A DNA stretch of 63,999 nucleotides, counting the filler, from Octopus bimaculoides (taxonomy: Eukaryota): the NCBI RefSeq assembly GCF_001194135.2. It is 7 parts of 6 records of this genome, joined end to end, with 100 filler letters (N's around TTAATTAATTAA, not from the genome) between each part and the next. Parts side by side here need not be neighbours in the genome. Positions count along the whole stretch, not along the records: positions 48,578 to 52,981 come from NC_068988.1; positions 53,082 to 59,251 come from NC_068983.1; positions 59,352 to 62,362 come from NC_068989.1; 4 more parts are not named here. The stretch is one strand, 5' to 3'. A program made the translations under genes and the position numbers. Below the pieces are notes generated by a model. It was given only the letters and a program-made list of their open reading frames with translations. It was not told the origin of the DNA and made no database searches. Positions 48,713 through 61,305 of the stretch are shown here, piece after piece (positions within the stretch are counted from its first letter, which is position 1; each line of letters begins with the position of its first letter).

Positions 48713-49030
48713 ACGCATATATATTATGTTATGACTAAATGAAATTACGTTCGCTTCGAGTGAATGTAAGCAAACATCTAGAAGCAATAATAACCGATTT
48801 CCTATTCTTAAAGAGAGGAAATCGGAATGAATTGACAATTCTCAGAAAGTAACACGCTGAGAAAGAAAAGGATGGTCTGGGATAAAACAAGGCACCGGTC
48901 TGTATGACCCCGCTACATAAATCGATGTCATCTGTATCGCAATATTCACAAGTTACCAAATGTAAACTTGTGAAACTAAACTAAAACGAAAATAAGCTAA
49001 ATAAAATAAAAACAATAACAATCAAAGGAT

Positions 49031-49170
49031 GGGACTTCCTAGAAGGTCTGAGGACTTTTTGACCCGGAAAGTTCCGAGGATGACCTGGAAAGTCCAAGGA
49101 TAGGAATTCCTGGAAGTTACCTACGATTTCCTGGGAAGTTCCGAGCGACTTCTTGGAAAGTTCCGAGGAT
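49031..49170. repeat. degenerate minisatellite, about 6 units of 20-26 bp, consensus near GACTTCCTGGAAAGTTCCGAG
   Basis: Recurrent ggaaagttccgag / ttcctggaa elements read directly. Confidence 0.7.
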
Positions 49171-49855
49171 TGGGACTCACAGAGCAAGTGTTCTCTCACG
49201 GTCAACATTACGTTGGATGCTCCCGTGTTCGCAGGCCACAAAGTCTATACATTTGTGCATCATAAGGGNNNNNNNNNNTTGTTACTATTCCTTGAGAGAT
49301 CATTGGGGATAAAGTTGCAGTGAATTTGCATGATACCATTGCAACAGATTATCAGTTATTAACAAGCTTGCATATAGATAGAACATCATACACATATTTT
49401 CCTAAGGAAAACCCAAATCAACAAAATAAATAACCAGAGTAATGTATCTTGTAACAACAACCTGATATTGGATCTCATTCTCAAGCCTATATCTTGGTTG
49501 CATATGAACAGTAATTAACCACGAAATATCTTAGGCACAAATGGGATGAGAGTACAGATATAGATTTGCTGGAATTAAAATTTAGGATGTCAGTCACATC
49601 ATATGTAGCTATCCGAAAATGTCACGGTAAAAAGTGTGTATACAGTAATCGTAGAAATGTTAATTTTGAGGGTGGAGGGCATAGATATTAAAACTTTGAA
49701 AACAATACTAGTCACATCTATGCTTCACAACTCAATGGAATACAACCATAACAGAACAGACTTAATGATCTTGGAGAGACTCTAAAAAATTGTGCACCAT
49801 AGTAAAAACCAAATGCTTAATAGATGTTAACATATAGAGCAATGATAAAGAAATA

Positions 49856-50076
49856 AGCTGGCAGAAACGTTAGCACGCCGGGCGAAATGCTTAGCGGTAT
49901 TTCGTCAGCCGCTACGTTCTGAGTTCAAATTCCGCCAAGGTTGACTTTGCCTTTCATCTTTTCGGGGTCGATAAATTAAGTACCAGTTACGCACTGGGGT
50001 CGATGTAATCGACTTAATCCCTTTGTCTGTCCTTGTTTGTCCCTTCTATGTTTAGCCCCTTGTGGGCAATAAAGAA
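49856..50076 (+). mobile_element. tRNA-derived SINE, family A with alternative tail
   Basis: Same head and core as 17873. After gatgtaatcgact it continues taatccctttgtctgtccttgtttgtcc...gccccttgtgggcaataaagaa. Confidence 0.88.
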
Positions 50077-51095
50077 TTGGATAAAGAAATAATCTATGCC
50101 GAACTAATAATATATTTTCTGTTATTAGACTCGGAATATAGCTTATATTGATACTTGTAATTATTGTGTAACTTGGATTCGTACGAAATTATCAGAATAC
50201 AAACTTTGAGAGAGAGGGCTTCACCAAAGCAAAAATACCACCACTAATAAGAAACTTACTTCTATAAACATTAAAGGAGTTTGAAAACTTGTAAAACATA
50301 CCTGAAGTTTTATAGTGGGTGCATATAAAAGCAAATACTTATAATAACATATGCATATATACAGACAAGACCCGATGGTGTGGGTAAAGACAGTGTCAAA
50401 ACGCAGATTCAGACCTGTAATGCGATCCATGATTTTACCCATGCATATCGCTGCTCATACATACATACATATTTCATGCGTACATGCACAGAATAGTACA
50501 TGCATATATACGTGTATACGTTTACAAATGCATGCATAATACATAGTTATATCGTTGATGTTCCTTAAATTACAATGAAAGATATCCTTTTTTGAACTTG
50601 AAAATGGCTCTTCCTGTATTGATAATTCGGTAAGGATTCGCTGGAGAATATAGTTATGAATAATAGAAATTAGGTTGGACACACATGTTGCTGAACGTAA
50701 ATTACTTTTCTGTGTAGGTCTTTTGTTACTAAGAAACTGACTTGTCTACAGCAACTGGCACTGGCAATATTACCAGCTGACAACACTATCGATAGCACAA
50801 CATAGAGCATAGACAGGAATACGATAAAATTAGCATCGTTATTGCCATTTGTACTTTAACGGACAGTAATCTCTCACACCAATCACACTGACATAAAACA
50901 CGATTATAAAACCGGTTATCCTGAAGTCATCAAAGTAATCAAGTTTTGCATCGCTAAATGCAAACATTTATGCAAAGACATGCGCAGGGATTATGTACAA
51001 AATGCACACACACACGGACGCACGCACACAATACGCACGCACGCACACACACGAACGTTGATGAGCATAGTAGTATAGACATATAAGAACACGTA

Positions 51096-51128
<33 letters not shown>

Positions 51129-51194
51129 CACAAACGCCCCTACATACAAACACACTCACACACACACATATATATATATTGCGAGAAGTACGGC

Positions 51195-51263
51195 TAATTA
51201 TTTTTCATGGTTGTGCCCCAGTATTGCCGAATTTCAATTCAATGACCGAAACAAGTAAAAGAT
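51195..51263 (+). mobile_element. family F repeat 3' fragment
   Basis: tgccccagtattgccg..aatgaccgaaacaagtaaaagata is the inverted homolog of 63722-63790. Confidence 0.5.
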
Positions 51264-51780
51264 AACACACACAGACACACACTTACTCGCACGCACAGAC
51301 ACACACACGCATACACACACAAACACTTAAACACACAAAATACACATATCAAATGTGTATATATAATGGAAGCATTATACGTTAGTTTGATTTACAGCAA
51401 TGTGTGTCTTGGGATGATGTTAGTGAATGCAAATTCTGTGTTTGCCTAAAAATGTTTGTTTACATACATTCAGATAATTCAATTTAAAAGCCATTTAAAT
51501 TCTAATTTGAATAATTTCCGAATAAAATATATTTGTTTCCACGTTTACATTCTAACTTGACTTAATTGCAGTGTTCAGCGAAATATCTATTTAACCTTGA
51601 AATAACGCTTTTCGCCTAAATCTGAAATCAATACTGGATTACATTCAAGACACATCAGCCTATGAAAGCACTAGTTAGATGTGTATCATATCACAATCTA
51701 ATGTCTTGAAATGCAGGATCATGGAGCATAGTATATCAGCAGGGAGTAAAGTAAAGTTCCATACTAAGTTATATAGATTC

Positions 51781-51994
51781 CTTGGACCGGTCTCCTGGTT
51801 TTAATGACGTATATATTCCCCACTTGGACGGGACGCCTGTCCATCGCAGCATTACTAATTTGTGCCCGCTGAGTGGAATGGAGCAATGGGAAATGAAGTA
51901 CTTTGCACAGTTGCACAACGCGTCACCTGGTCCAGGAATCGAAACCACCATCTTACGATCATGAGTTCAACACCCTACCACTAAGCCACGTGCC
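51781..51994 (-). mobile_element. tRNA-derived SINE, family E
   Basis: Minus head ggcacgtggcttagtggtagggtgttgaactcatgatcgtaagatggtggtttcgattcctgg has A and B boxes. Confidence 0.8.
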
Positions 51995-52035
51995 TCTACT
52001 ATCAGCAGATACATTGTAAAGGATAAAGAACCCTT

Positions 52036-52314
52036 TTGGTCATGAATGACCACAAGTCCGGACACGGTTGTGTATGGACGACCAGCAGACACCTGTGAAT
52101 GCCTGTCTCCCTTCCGCGTCACCGATGTTATCCAAGGGAAAAGCAAAGGCCAATACAACTTGGCACCAATGACCCCGAAACTTGTATCTAGAACTGCGTG
52201 AACTGGAACAACGTGAAATAGAATGTCTTGCTGAAGAACACAACAAACAGCTCGGTCTGGGAATGGAATTCACTATCTCATGATTGGGAGCCCGACCCTC
52301 TAAATGCTGAGTCA
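52036..52314 (-). mobile_element. tRNA-derived SINE, family E-related
   Basis: Minus head gactcagcatttagagggtcgggctcccaatcatgagatagtgaattccattccc; body ttgtgttcttcagcaagacattctatttcac parallels the adjacent copy. Confidence 0.7.
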
Positions 52315-53081
52315 AGTGTAAAAATTACAAGATTGTAACACTTGGAGATCTATGTGCACTTGTTTGCTCCAACTGTGATATCTAGGAATTAATAATAGCA
52401 CAGATGAGAAAAAGAGTAACAAATTAAATCAATTTTTACAACTAACAATATTTTATAGATAACACACAACATATTTTATTTTATATCCTTTCAGTATCAT
52501 TATAACGTAAATATACTCGGTCATAGACTTCATAAACCCATCATATATTTCAATATTGTGCAAATTCTTAGCTTGGCGGATGGGATACTGTGTGTAGGCC
52601 TCCACTTACTTCATGTTTTGATGCAGACCATTCCAACACAATACAAAAAGAAAAAAAAAACATTGATAGGATATCGAAGAACCTAAATTGAAAATTTGCA
52701 GCTACACTTGTAAGTTGAAAATCAAAGTTGTCTCCAGAGATACTGGATTTCACAATCCAAATTTCCTCCAAATCATATTCTGCATCAAGTAATATAGTTC
52801 CTAATACTTTACAAGAAATAATGGCAACTGTCATGGTTCGAATATCTGTGTGCATAAAACTGCTCACTCAGTTTTCATATGACCGTAAACACAACAGAAT
52901 ATGCATCGCTAATAATTTGCTATTTCAACCGCAATTTATACCGACATTGTATATGTGTATATATATATACATATATATATANNNNNNNNNNNNNNNNNNN
53001 NNNNNNNNNNNNNNNNNNNNNNNNNTTAATTAATTAANNNNNNNNNNNNNNNNNNNNNNNNNNNNNNNNNNNNNNNNNNNN

Positions 53082-53147
<66 letters not shown>

Positions 53148-53149
<2 letters not shown>

Positions 53150-53358
53150 CTGTGTATCTGAAAGGAGTGTCAATGGAAAACAGAAGGAAAGAAGTAAGAG
53201 AGAAAGAAGAAAAAAATTGTGTTTACATTATACAGCTGGTCAGTATAGATGTAAGAACTGACCAGCTGTATAGAAGTAAACACAATTTTTTTCGTCTTTC
53301 TCTCTTCCTTCTTTCTTTCCTTCTCTTTTCCATAGACGCTCCTTTCAGCTACACAGGC
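53148..53358. repeat. 211-bp long inverted repeat (fold-back element)
   Basis: Arms 53148-53244 and 53257-53358 differ by about 7 substitutions and 2 small indels. 16-bp perfect inner stem, 12-nt loop. Confidence 0.92.
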
Positions 53359-53765
53359 AAACACACACACATACACACATTAATATATGAATTATAAAAA
53401 CATGTGATATATTAATAAAAATCTGTAAAGGTACAACCATCCAGATCTCTGAGTATCTTATTTTTTCTAATATATAATATCTGTACATCACCTCCAAACT
53501 TTCTAATATATATACATACATACATACATGCATACATACATAGACACATACATATGTATATATGATGTATATATTATATGTATATACATGATATATATAA
53601 TATTATACTGGGTCATCCCATAGATAATGCGGTTTTTTTATACTTTTATTTTTCCCAATTTAAGATAAACATAAAAGACGTTTACATTTTTCCTGAGCGT
53701 CAAACTAATACCCTTGCTTGTTGTTCCTACACCTGTCTTCGTCTTTGTTTTTCTATAAATTTGAA

Positions 53766-53802
<37 letters not shown>

Positions 53803-53847
53803 NNNNNNNNNNNNNNNNNNNNNNNNNNNNNNNNNNNNNNNNNNNNN

Positions 53848-53917
<70 letters not shown>

Positions 53918-54363
53918 CTGTACCTTCCAATACTATATTATGTACTGTTAACATCTGCTTTATTTTTGTAATATACATTCTACTTAACGAAAGGCAGAAT
54001 GATTTGTAATTCTTCCACGATTTCTCTTATGTGTTGATTCTATGTTCTGATATTTATTTACCAGTGTCCATGAAATATTTATCTTAGCTTCTGATCTGCT
54101 TCTATCAAGATATACCACCAACTTTTCTATCTAGATCAAGTGGTAATCTACATATTTTCTACTATTTGCATTACCATGTTCATTCATTTGATCTTGACAA
54201 TCTCTAATACACATTTCTTGTTTATGTAAATTTGCGGTTTGAAAGCGTACTATGCATTTTACTTTAAGATGTATACATTTTTGTGTATTTGTTTATGCAT
54301 ATATATACATGTAAACACATATATATGTGTGTGTTTGTGCGTGTGTGTGCGTGTATGTAAATG

Positions 54364-54430
<67 letters not shown>

Positions 54431-57400
54431 ATGCATTTATTTATACATACATGGATACATGCGTGTGTGTGTGCGCACGTGTGTGTGCATGTTTATGTCC
54501 ACACACACCCAGATATAATTTGATTAGCGTGTGAATCTCAGTAATTAGCCACATTTCGTTGGTTTTACCCTCCGGCCTTCAACAAATCTCTCTCGCATTA
54601 AAAAACAGTCTGTGAATTTTTAAACGAGCACCATACTAAATCCATACGACCATTTTTTCCTCACTACTCTGACAAAAGCAAAAGAATTATCATTTTGTTG
54701 TCGTTTTCACTTTCTTATTCTCGTTCTTGTGGTGCCACGTTCTCCTTCCACTTGAAACTGTACAAAGGAGTCTAGCCAAATTTCTTATTTTTAGAAAATT
54801 GTCTTGAAAATTTTTTGATATGTCGTCATAATTCAAAAATTCATTCGAAAATGGTAATATACAAAAATAGATTCTCACTTAGCAGAAAACATATTTCACA
54901 AACTTAACGTAATCTGGTTTGATACATCTTTTAATATGAAAGTTAAGATAAACATCGTACAACTCCGTAGCATTATTTTATAAGAATTTTCTAAATACTT
55001 ATGTTCATTCATTACGAATCATTGAATAAAAATATAATCAAAGTAAAAAATAGCTACACAAATAACGTTGGTAGTTTTATAATGTACGAAGACCGTGGAT
55101 CTACTTTGAACACGCCAGCGGCCTGAATGAAATACCGGCGTAAAGAGTTATGACCAGTAAATGACAGACATTTAGTGAACAATATCAATTAGGTTGTAGA
55201 GACGTCTAAAGCACGCAGTATAATGACTGGAAAATCATACGTTAGTATGCGTGAAAACAGCTTTAAATTACCTATTAAAATATTAGTTCCACTAGTAGGA
55301 AAAAAAATTAAAAACACAGTAATATGATGCATTTAAATAATAGTATGTTGGTAATTTCGGCGTAGATGTTTTGTTGGTGTCTTCAGCATGGTATTCATGA
55401 ATTGAAGTGTAAAACATTTCCCGATGTACGGATGAAATGTTTCGTATATTAAACCCTACCATAAAAAAAACGAAACATGATTCATATACTTGGCGGATAT
55501 AATCTAAATGTGATCTAGAAAACCTTTTAGGTGGCAAATTAATTTACCTTATGTAAATATAAAGACAGACCGCAAGATTAGAATCCGGACTTTATAGTGT
55601 GCTTCACCATAAAAATAAGTTAGTACTGGTGATAATTCTCAGCTCAGGTACTAACTGACGATTTTCGTTCAAGGAGGAACTTGAAATGATGAAAAAAGTA
55701 TTCAGCTGTGCTATAAAAAATGAACCTACATGAGATATTGATCATAATTGCAGGGTATAAATATATGTATGTACACACACACACACACAAACACGCACAC
55801 ACACAAACACGCACACACACACACACACACACACATACACACATACAAACACGCACACACACACGCACACACACACACACACGCGTATATATGAATATAT
55901 ATATATACACGTACATACATACGTATTTATACATTCATGCGAATACTATGTGTGTGTGACTCTATGATGTCATCATACATATATTTACATGCGAATTCAT
56001 ACATATCTCTGAATCCATCTATCTCCCTATTTATCTATTTATCTATCTATATTTGTATGGTTATGAGTGCGTGAGTGCGTGTATGCCAACCGCCCATACG
56101 TGGGAGTCTCTCTGCATGCTACTGATATGTATCCATAGAAAGGCTGCAGACTTGATCCGATACAGCTCAGCGCCAATGTCGTAGCAGTTCTTGCCATCAG
56201 AAAAAAAATGGCCGCATTTTTTCTCAATCCAATTACAGTTTCGTCAAATCAGTAGCTTGGATGGAGGTTTATACATCGACTCCGAAATGCTAAACTTCAA
56301 TGTTAACCTCGACAAAATTTGAACTTCGGTAGCAATGAGTCAGAATGAATATCGCAACGAAATATATCCTATTCTTAAATGAATCTGTCAATTTGTTTTA
56401 TGCTCAGGTGTGCGTGCGCGCGCACTCACGCATGCATCTGACTTCCTTCTTTCTTTGCTGTCTCCTCTCTCTTACGCCATCTCTCCCTACCACTCTACTG
56501 CTCTCTCTTTTTATTGTCACATACACTCAAACTTATACTTCCCTTCCCTTTCTCTTAAGATTGTGGTTTCTGCAACAGATTTTGTTTGACCATAACTTCA
56601 TTTCGTGTGTATTTGTTCAGTTAATCAATCACCTAATCAATCAATAGATTTATCTATCAATCAATTATCGTCTTATTGTATTTGTTTCGAGATTTCAAGA
56701 TCAATTTCTCATATACAGTCTTTTAGTTTCCTTCGTTTCTGCAAGACATATTATGAGATTTTCTCTCTCTCAGACGTTCCCCACTCCCTTCTTTTGTTTC
56801 CCTATATTTACCTCACTATCTCATATTTGGTTTTGCTATAATCTCTTTCTTTTACTTTTGTATTCTCTCTATTCCTCTGTTAGTTCCCTCATTGTCAATC
56901 ATCATAATATGTGTTCTCCCTCTGTCTCTTCTCTGTTCTTTGTTTTTATTTTACATATTTCTCCCCCTCGCTTCAATTCTTGTCTATCTCAGACGTTTAT
57001 TTGTTTTTGTCTATCTTCCTCTTATCACCTGCCCTCACTCTCCTCTTATATCTGATTCTGAGTTTCCTTCTGTTTATCCCTATTCGTTCGACTACCTTAT
57101 CTCGTCACTTCTCTGAGTTTCTATTACGATGTCTCTTAGATTCTTTATCTATGTCGTTCAGTTTGCTCGTATTGTACATCATACTTTAGTTTCTTATCTT
57201 TCCTATATCTCTGCTTCTTATTTTCCCTCAACATATTCCCTCTATATCTAGTTTCTATCTCTAAATAACTATATAATTATCGATCTATCTCCCTACAACT
57301 TCTGTGATTCACATCCTTCATCTCAACTTTGCATTTACCAGTGCGCCTAACAGAAAATTTTGTTCTTTTTTTTTAACTGTCAGTCTGTCTATCTCTCTAT

Positions 57401-57489
57401 TTGTATTTCTATTTCCCCTATTTGTCTACCAATCGTTATTGCTTCAACATCTTTCGTTTATTTATTCTAACTTTCCTTCTCCTACACAA

Positions 57490-57533
<44 letters not shown>

Positions 57534-58355
57534 TTTCTCTCCCCAGTTTAGCCACTGACGTTCTTCAGGTTCAGCGAAGTTCTCTTAATCTTTCTTTCGC
57601 CTTCTTGTAATGATCAATATTCTATATTTGTTAAACGATTTCTAGTTCCTCTCTTCGTAAATATAATTACACATTCCTATAAATAGATAAAGACAAAATA
57701 AACTCAATCAAAAACATGTTTCANNNNNNNNNNNNNNNNNNNNNNNNNNNNNNNNNNNNNNNNNNNNNNNNNNNNNNNNNNNNNNNNNNNNNNNNNNNNN
57801 NNNNNNNNNNNNNNNNNNNNNNNNNNNNNNNNNNNNNNNNNNNNNNNNNNNNNNNNNNNNNNNNNNNNNNNNNNNNNNNNNNNNNNNNNNNNNNNNNNNN
57901 NNNNNNNNNNNNNNNNNNNNNNNNNNNNNNNNNNNNNNNNNNNNNNNNNNNNNNNNNNNNNNNNNNNNNNNNNNNNNNNNNNNNNNNNNNNNNNNNNNNN
58001 NNNNNNNNNNNNNNNNNNNNNNNNNNNNNNNNNNNNNNNNNNNNNNNNNNNNNNNNNNNNNNNNNNNNNNNNNNNNNNNNNNNNNNNNNNNNNNNNNNNN
58101 NNNNNNNNNNNNNNNNNNNNNNNNNNNNNNNNNNNNNNNNNNNNNNNNNNNNNNNNNNNNNNNNNNNNNNNNNNNNNNNNNNNNNNNNNNNNNNNNNNNN
58201 NNNNNNNNNNNNNNNNNNNNNNNNNNNNNNNNNNNNNNNNNNNNNNNNNNNNNNNNNNNNNNNNNNNNNNNNNNNNNNNNNNNNNNNNNNNNNNNNNNNN
58301 NNNNNNNNNNNNNNNNNNNNNNNNNNNNNNNNNNNNNNNNNNNNNNNNNNNNNNN

Positions 58356-58622
58356 TTGTGGATCCTAACATGTCTTTTAAGACCCCCATTGGATTTGCAA
58401 ACCCTCTGGCACAGACCACATTCAAACGTGTGCACAGACATATAATCAGAATAGCTGGGTGAGGTTTGTTTTCCATGGGTTCGCAGGTGAGATTTGAGGC
58501 CAGCCAAGGACAGACATGGTCTGTCACAGACTGTGCACACAAAAAGGTCCTTGTCATTCACCTTCTCAGTCTTCACCTTTTTCCTTAAATGTCTCTTGAG
58601 CCCTGCTTGCATCATCCCTGCA
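58356..58622 (-). mobile_element. RTE-type LINE C-terminal tandem C2H2 zinc fingers (open frame, cut by gap)
   Basis: CTVCDRPCLSLAGLKSHLRTH and CGLCQRVCKSNGGLKRHVRIH. The C.R.C.S..GL..H.R.H pattern is typical of RTE ORF ends; no TGEKP linkers. A host C2H2 exon is the alternative. Confidence 0.6.
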
Positions 58623-58664
58623 AGATATATATATATATATATCTTTATTATCTTTTACCTATTT

Positions 58665-58840
58665 CTGTCATTTGACTAAAGCCATGCTGGAGCACTGACT
58701 TGAAGGCTTTTAGTTGAACACATCGACCCCAGGGCTTACTCTTAGTTGTTGAGCATGGTACTTATTCTATCGGTTTCTTTTTTGCCGAACCGCTATGTTA
58801 CGGAGACGTTAACACACCAACACCGATTGGGAGACAAACA
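58665..58840 (-). mobile_element. interspersed repeat family F (SINE 3' half)
   Basis: gccatgctggagcac..catcgaccccaggg..ggtacttattctatcggtttc..gccgaaccgct; homologous to 63722-63930. Confidence 0.75.
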
Positions 58841-59107
58841 CACACACATACACACACACACACACACGCACGCACACACACAAGATACATACATATGTAC
58901 ATATATACGTGTGTGTGCACGTGGGTGAGTGTGTGTGTGTGTGTGCGTGTTATATGCGAAATATAAGACACACATGCACACTTGGAATGTTATGTAGATA
59001 AGTAGCTGGACAGACAGGCAGACAGACAGACAGACAGACAGACAGACAGGTAGGTAGGTAAGTAGGTAGGTAAGTAGGAAGGTAGGTAGGTAGGTAGGTA
59101 GGTAGGT

Positions 59108-59251
59108 AGATACATTTCTTTTATTAGCCACACAGGGCTCAACAAAGATGGGACGAATACAATGTAGAGCTTTTCTTTTTAGGAGGGGGGAAGAAGAGAA
59201 AAAGAAAGTAGGGGTGGGTTTCGATCAAAAGGGATCGTGGGAAGGAAAAAT
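59108..59251 (-). mobile_element. possible LINE 3' end, cut by gap, in a (GGTA/GACA)n tract
   Basis: Minus strand ends ..gagccctgtgtggctaataaaagaaat, similar to the tail of the SINE at 49856-50076. Confidence 0.4.
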
Positions 59252-59825
59252 NNNNNNNNNNNNNNNNNNNNNNNNNNNNNNNNNNNNNNNNNNNNTTAAT
59301 TAATTAANNNNNNNNNNNNNNNNNNNNNNNNNNNNNNNNNNNNNNNNNNNNATATATATATATGTATATATATAAACCATATTACTAAATAATATCTTCG
59401 AAAACATATGTCAGCACAGTATTATGAAAATTTTAGCTGTTAATAAACCTACGACACAAACGAAAGGCCAAAATTAAATTCATCTTAAGACATTCGTTCA
59501 TTCAACCAACAGCGACGTCATTGAATAACTAATTTAGTTTATGAACATAAAAGATAAAAATACCATAGTAATTCTATACTTTTTGACAATTTGAAATCTA
59601 TATAGAAAAATAATACAAAAAGATTTAGATGTTTAGCATTTATTAACGGCTAAAATTCTTTCAGATGTTCTGTTGTAAGTTCAGCAATTTAAATTACCTT
59701 GATAATGTTGAGTTGATATATATTTTCGATATATACATATATTTACATATACATAAGAAATTCTATCCACCAATGCAATGTTGAGCACTCATTCTTGTCG
59801 TTCGACATTTACGTATAAGTATATA

Positions 59826-61248
59826 CTCAAACACGATAGAATTAAATAGACGCCACATAAAGCATTGGTCTATGCGCATTTTAACTTTAAAGGGTTTATG
59901 CTATTTTATTAATTGACATTTTTATGTTTCAGGTTCTATATGTGACTGTTTAATCATGCCACGTGTAAAAGAAACCTTAGAACTGTTTGAATTTCAAAGT
60001 GGCCGTATTGTGGGTCAGTCTGAAGGTGCACTTAATCAGTGTAAAACAACAGAAAACCTTGAGATCCTGCTTTCTACAGTTAATAGAGTGCAATTCACCA
60101 GAGACGGGAAGTTCACATCACCTCACCCAAGTTGGCCAGGGCCCTCTGACTGGGCTCTTCGCTTTGGTAAGAGAAGTGTGGAGGGCAATCGTTGTTGCAA
60201 GGCCTCTGACAGCAGATCAAGTTGAGTTCAGTCCAAGAACAGCTGTCAGATATGTCGATAAACCTGGCTACTATGGCAGAGCAGCAAGAAAGAAGCTACT
60301 TCTTCGACCAGCCAAAAAGGTGGTGAGCTGACAGAAATGTTAGCACGTCGGGCAAAATGCTTGGCGGTATTTCGTCTGTCTTTACGTTCTGAGTTCAAAT
60401 TCCGACGAGGTTGACTTTGCTTTTCATCCTTTCGGGGGTCGATAAATTAAGTACAAGTTGCGTACTGGGGTCGATCTAATCGACTGTCCCCTCCTGCCCC
60501 ACAAAATTTCGGGCCTTGTGCCTACAGTGTAAAAGAATATCAAAAAGGGAAAAGATTGGACCAGTGATTTGGTAGAAAGGCCACTAGCATGTTGGAACAC
60601 TCATGATCTCTGATGAGTCTAGATTTGCTGTATGTTCTGACAGTTGTCGAATGTGGGTCTGGAGACTCTGTGATGAAGAATTTGTCCTGAAAAGATTGCA
60701 GCCAACAATGAAACATGGTAGTTATTCTGTGATGGTTTGGAGACCAATTTGAAATAATGGTCAGTCAGAGCTAGTGGAGTGTGAGGGACACATAAAATCA
60801 GATAAATATATGTCCATAGTCCAGAAAAGACTCGTTTCAATCTTCTTCAGTGAGGAAATGATTAAAGATGACTCATGTAACCTTGTGACATAGCTGAAAA
60901 TATCCAAGATTGGTTCGAAGAGGATGCCACTAAAAAGGACCCATCGCCAGTCCAGGTACCAGATATGAACCCTGTTGAGCATCTTTGGGGCATAATAGAC
61001 TGGTCATTTCATAAAAAGATCAAGAAAGCATCTTGAAAGCCAGATCTTTTGAGATTATTGCATGAAACGTGGCAAGAAATTCCGCAAAAGAATATTCATC
61101 TGATCAGTAGTGTGCCTAATAGGGTCCTCGTATTGAAAAATGAAAAGGGCATGTCTACTAAATATTAGATTGTCACATTATAATAATTAATAATTAATAA
61201 ATTTTAACGATAATAAGAGTGTCTACTTACTTTTGTCGTGTCTGTGAG
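59826..61248 (+). mobile_element. Tc1-family DNA transposon, decayed, with SINE insertion
   Basis: Diverged TIRs (about 20/26 match; 59826-59853 versus 61219-61248) with TA flanks. Transposase MPRVKETLELFEFQSGRIVG, YGRAARKK, MISDESRF, MKHGSYSVMVW and PDMNPVEHLW. Confidence 0.88.
60319..60538 (+). mobile_element. tRNA-derived SINE, family A, inserted in the Tc1 transposase
   Basis: Aligns along its length to 17873-18085; interrupts the frame between ..LLLRPA and IKKGKDW... Confidence 0.88.

Positions 61249-61305
<57 letters not shown>

Noticed and set aside
48794-48825. 10-bp inverted repeat CCGATTTCCT/AGGAAATCGG; a similar 9-bp one at about 55412-55442
   Set aside because: Short and single-copy; occasional hairpins of this size are expected by chance. 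Not terminators in a eukaryotic context.
52568-52867. 99-aa minus ORF with IWIVKSSISGDNF, vaguely propeller-like
   Set aside because: No YWTD motif, weak donor, wrong strand for the EGF gene.
56100-56240. Minus frame containing CGHFFSDGKNCYD, resembling an EGF end
   Set aside because: An upstream stop leaves too few cysteines, splice sites are poor, and it is opposite to the real EGF exon.
60820-60852. Minus-strand CTGAAGA-AGATT-GAAACGAGTC, hammerhead-like core
   Set aside because: No stem II or stem I pairing; lies inside Tc1 coding sequence. The CTGATGA at 60610 is simply the SDE codons.
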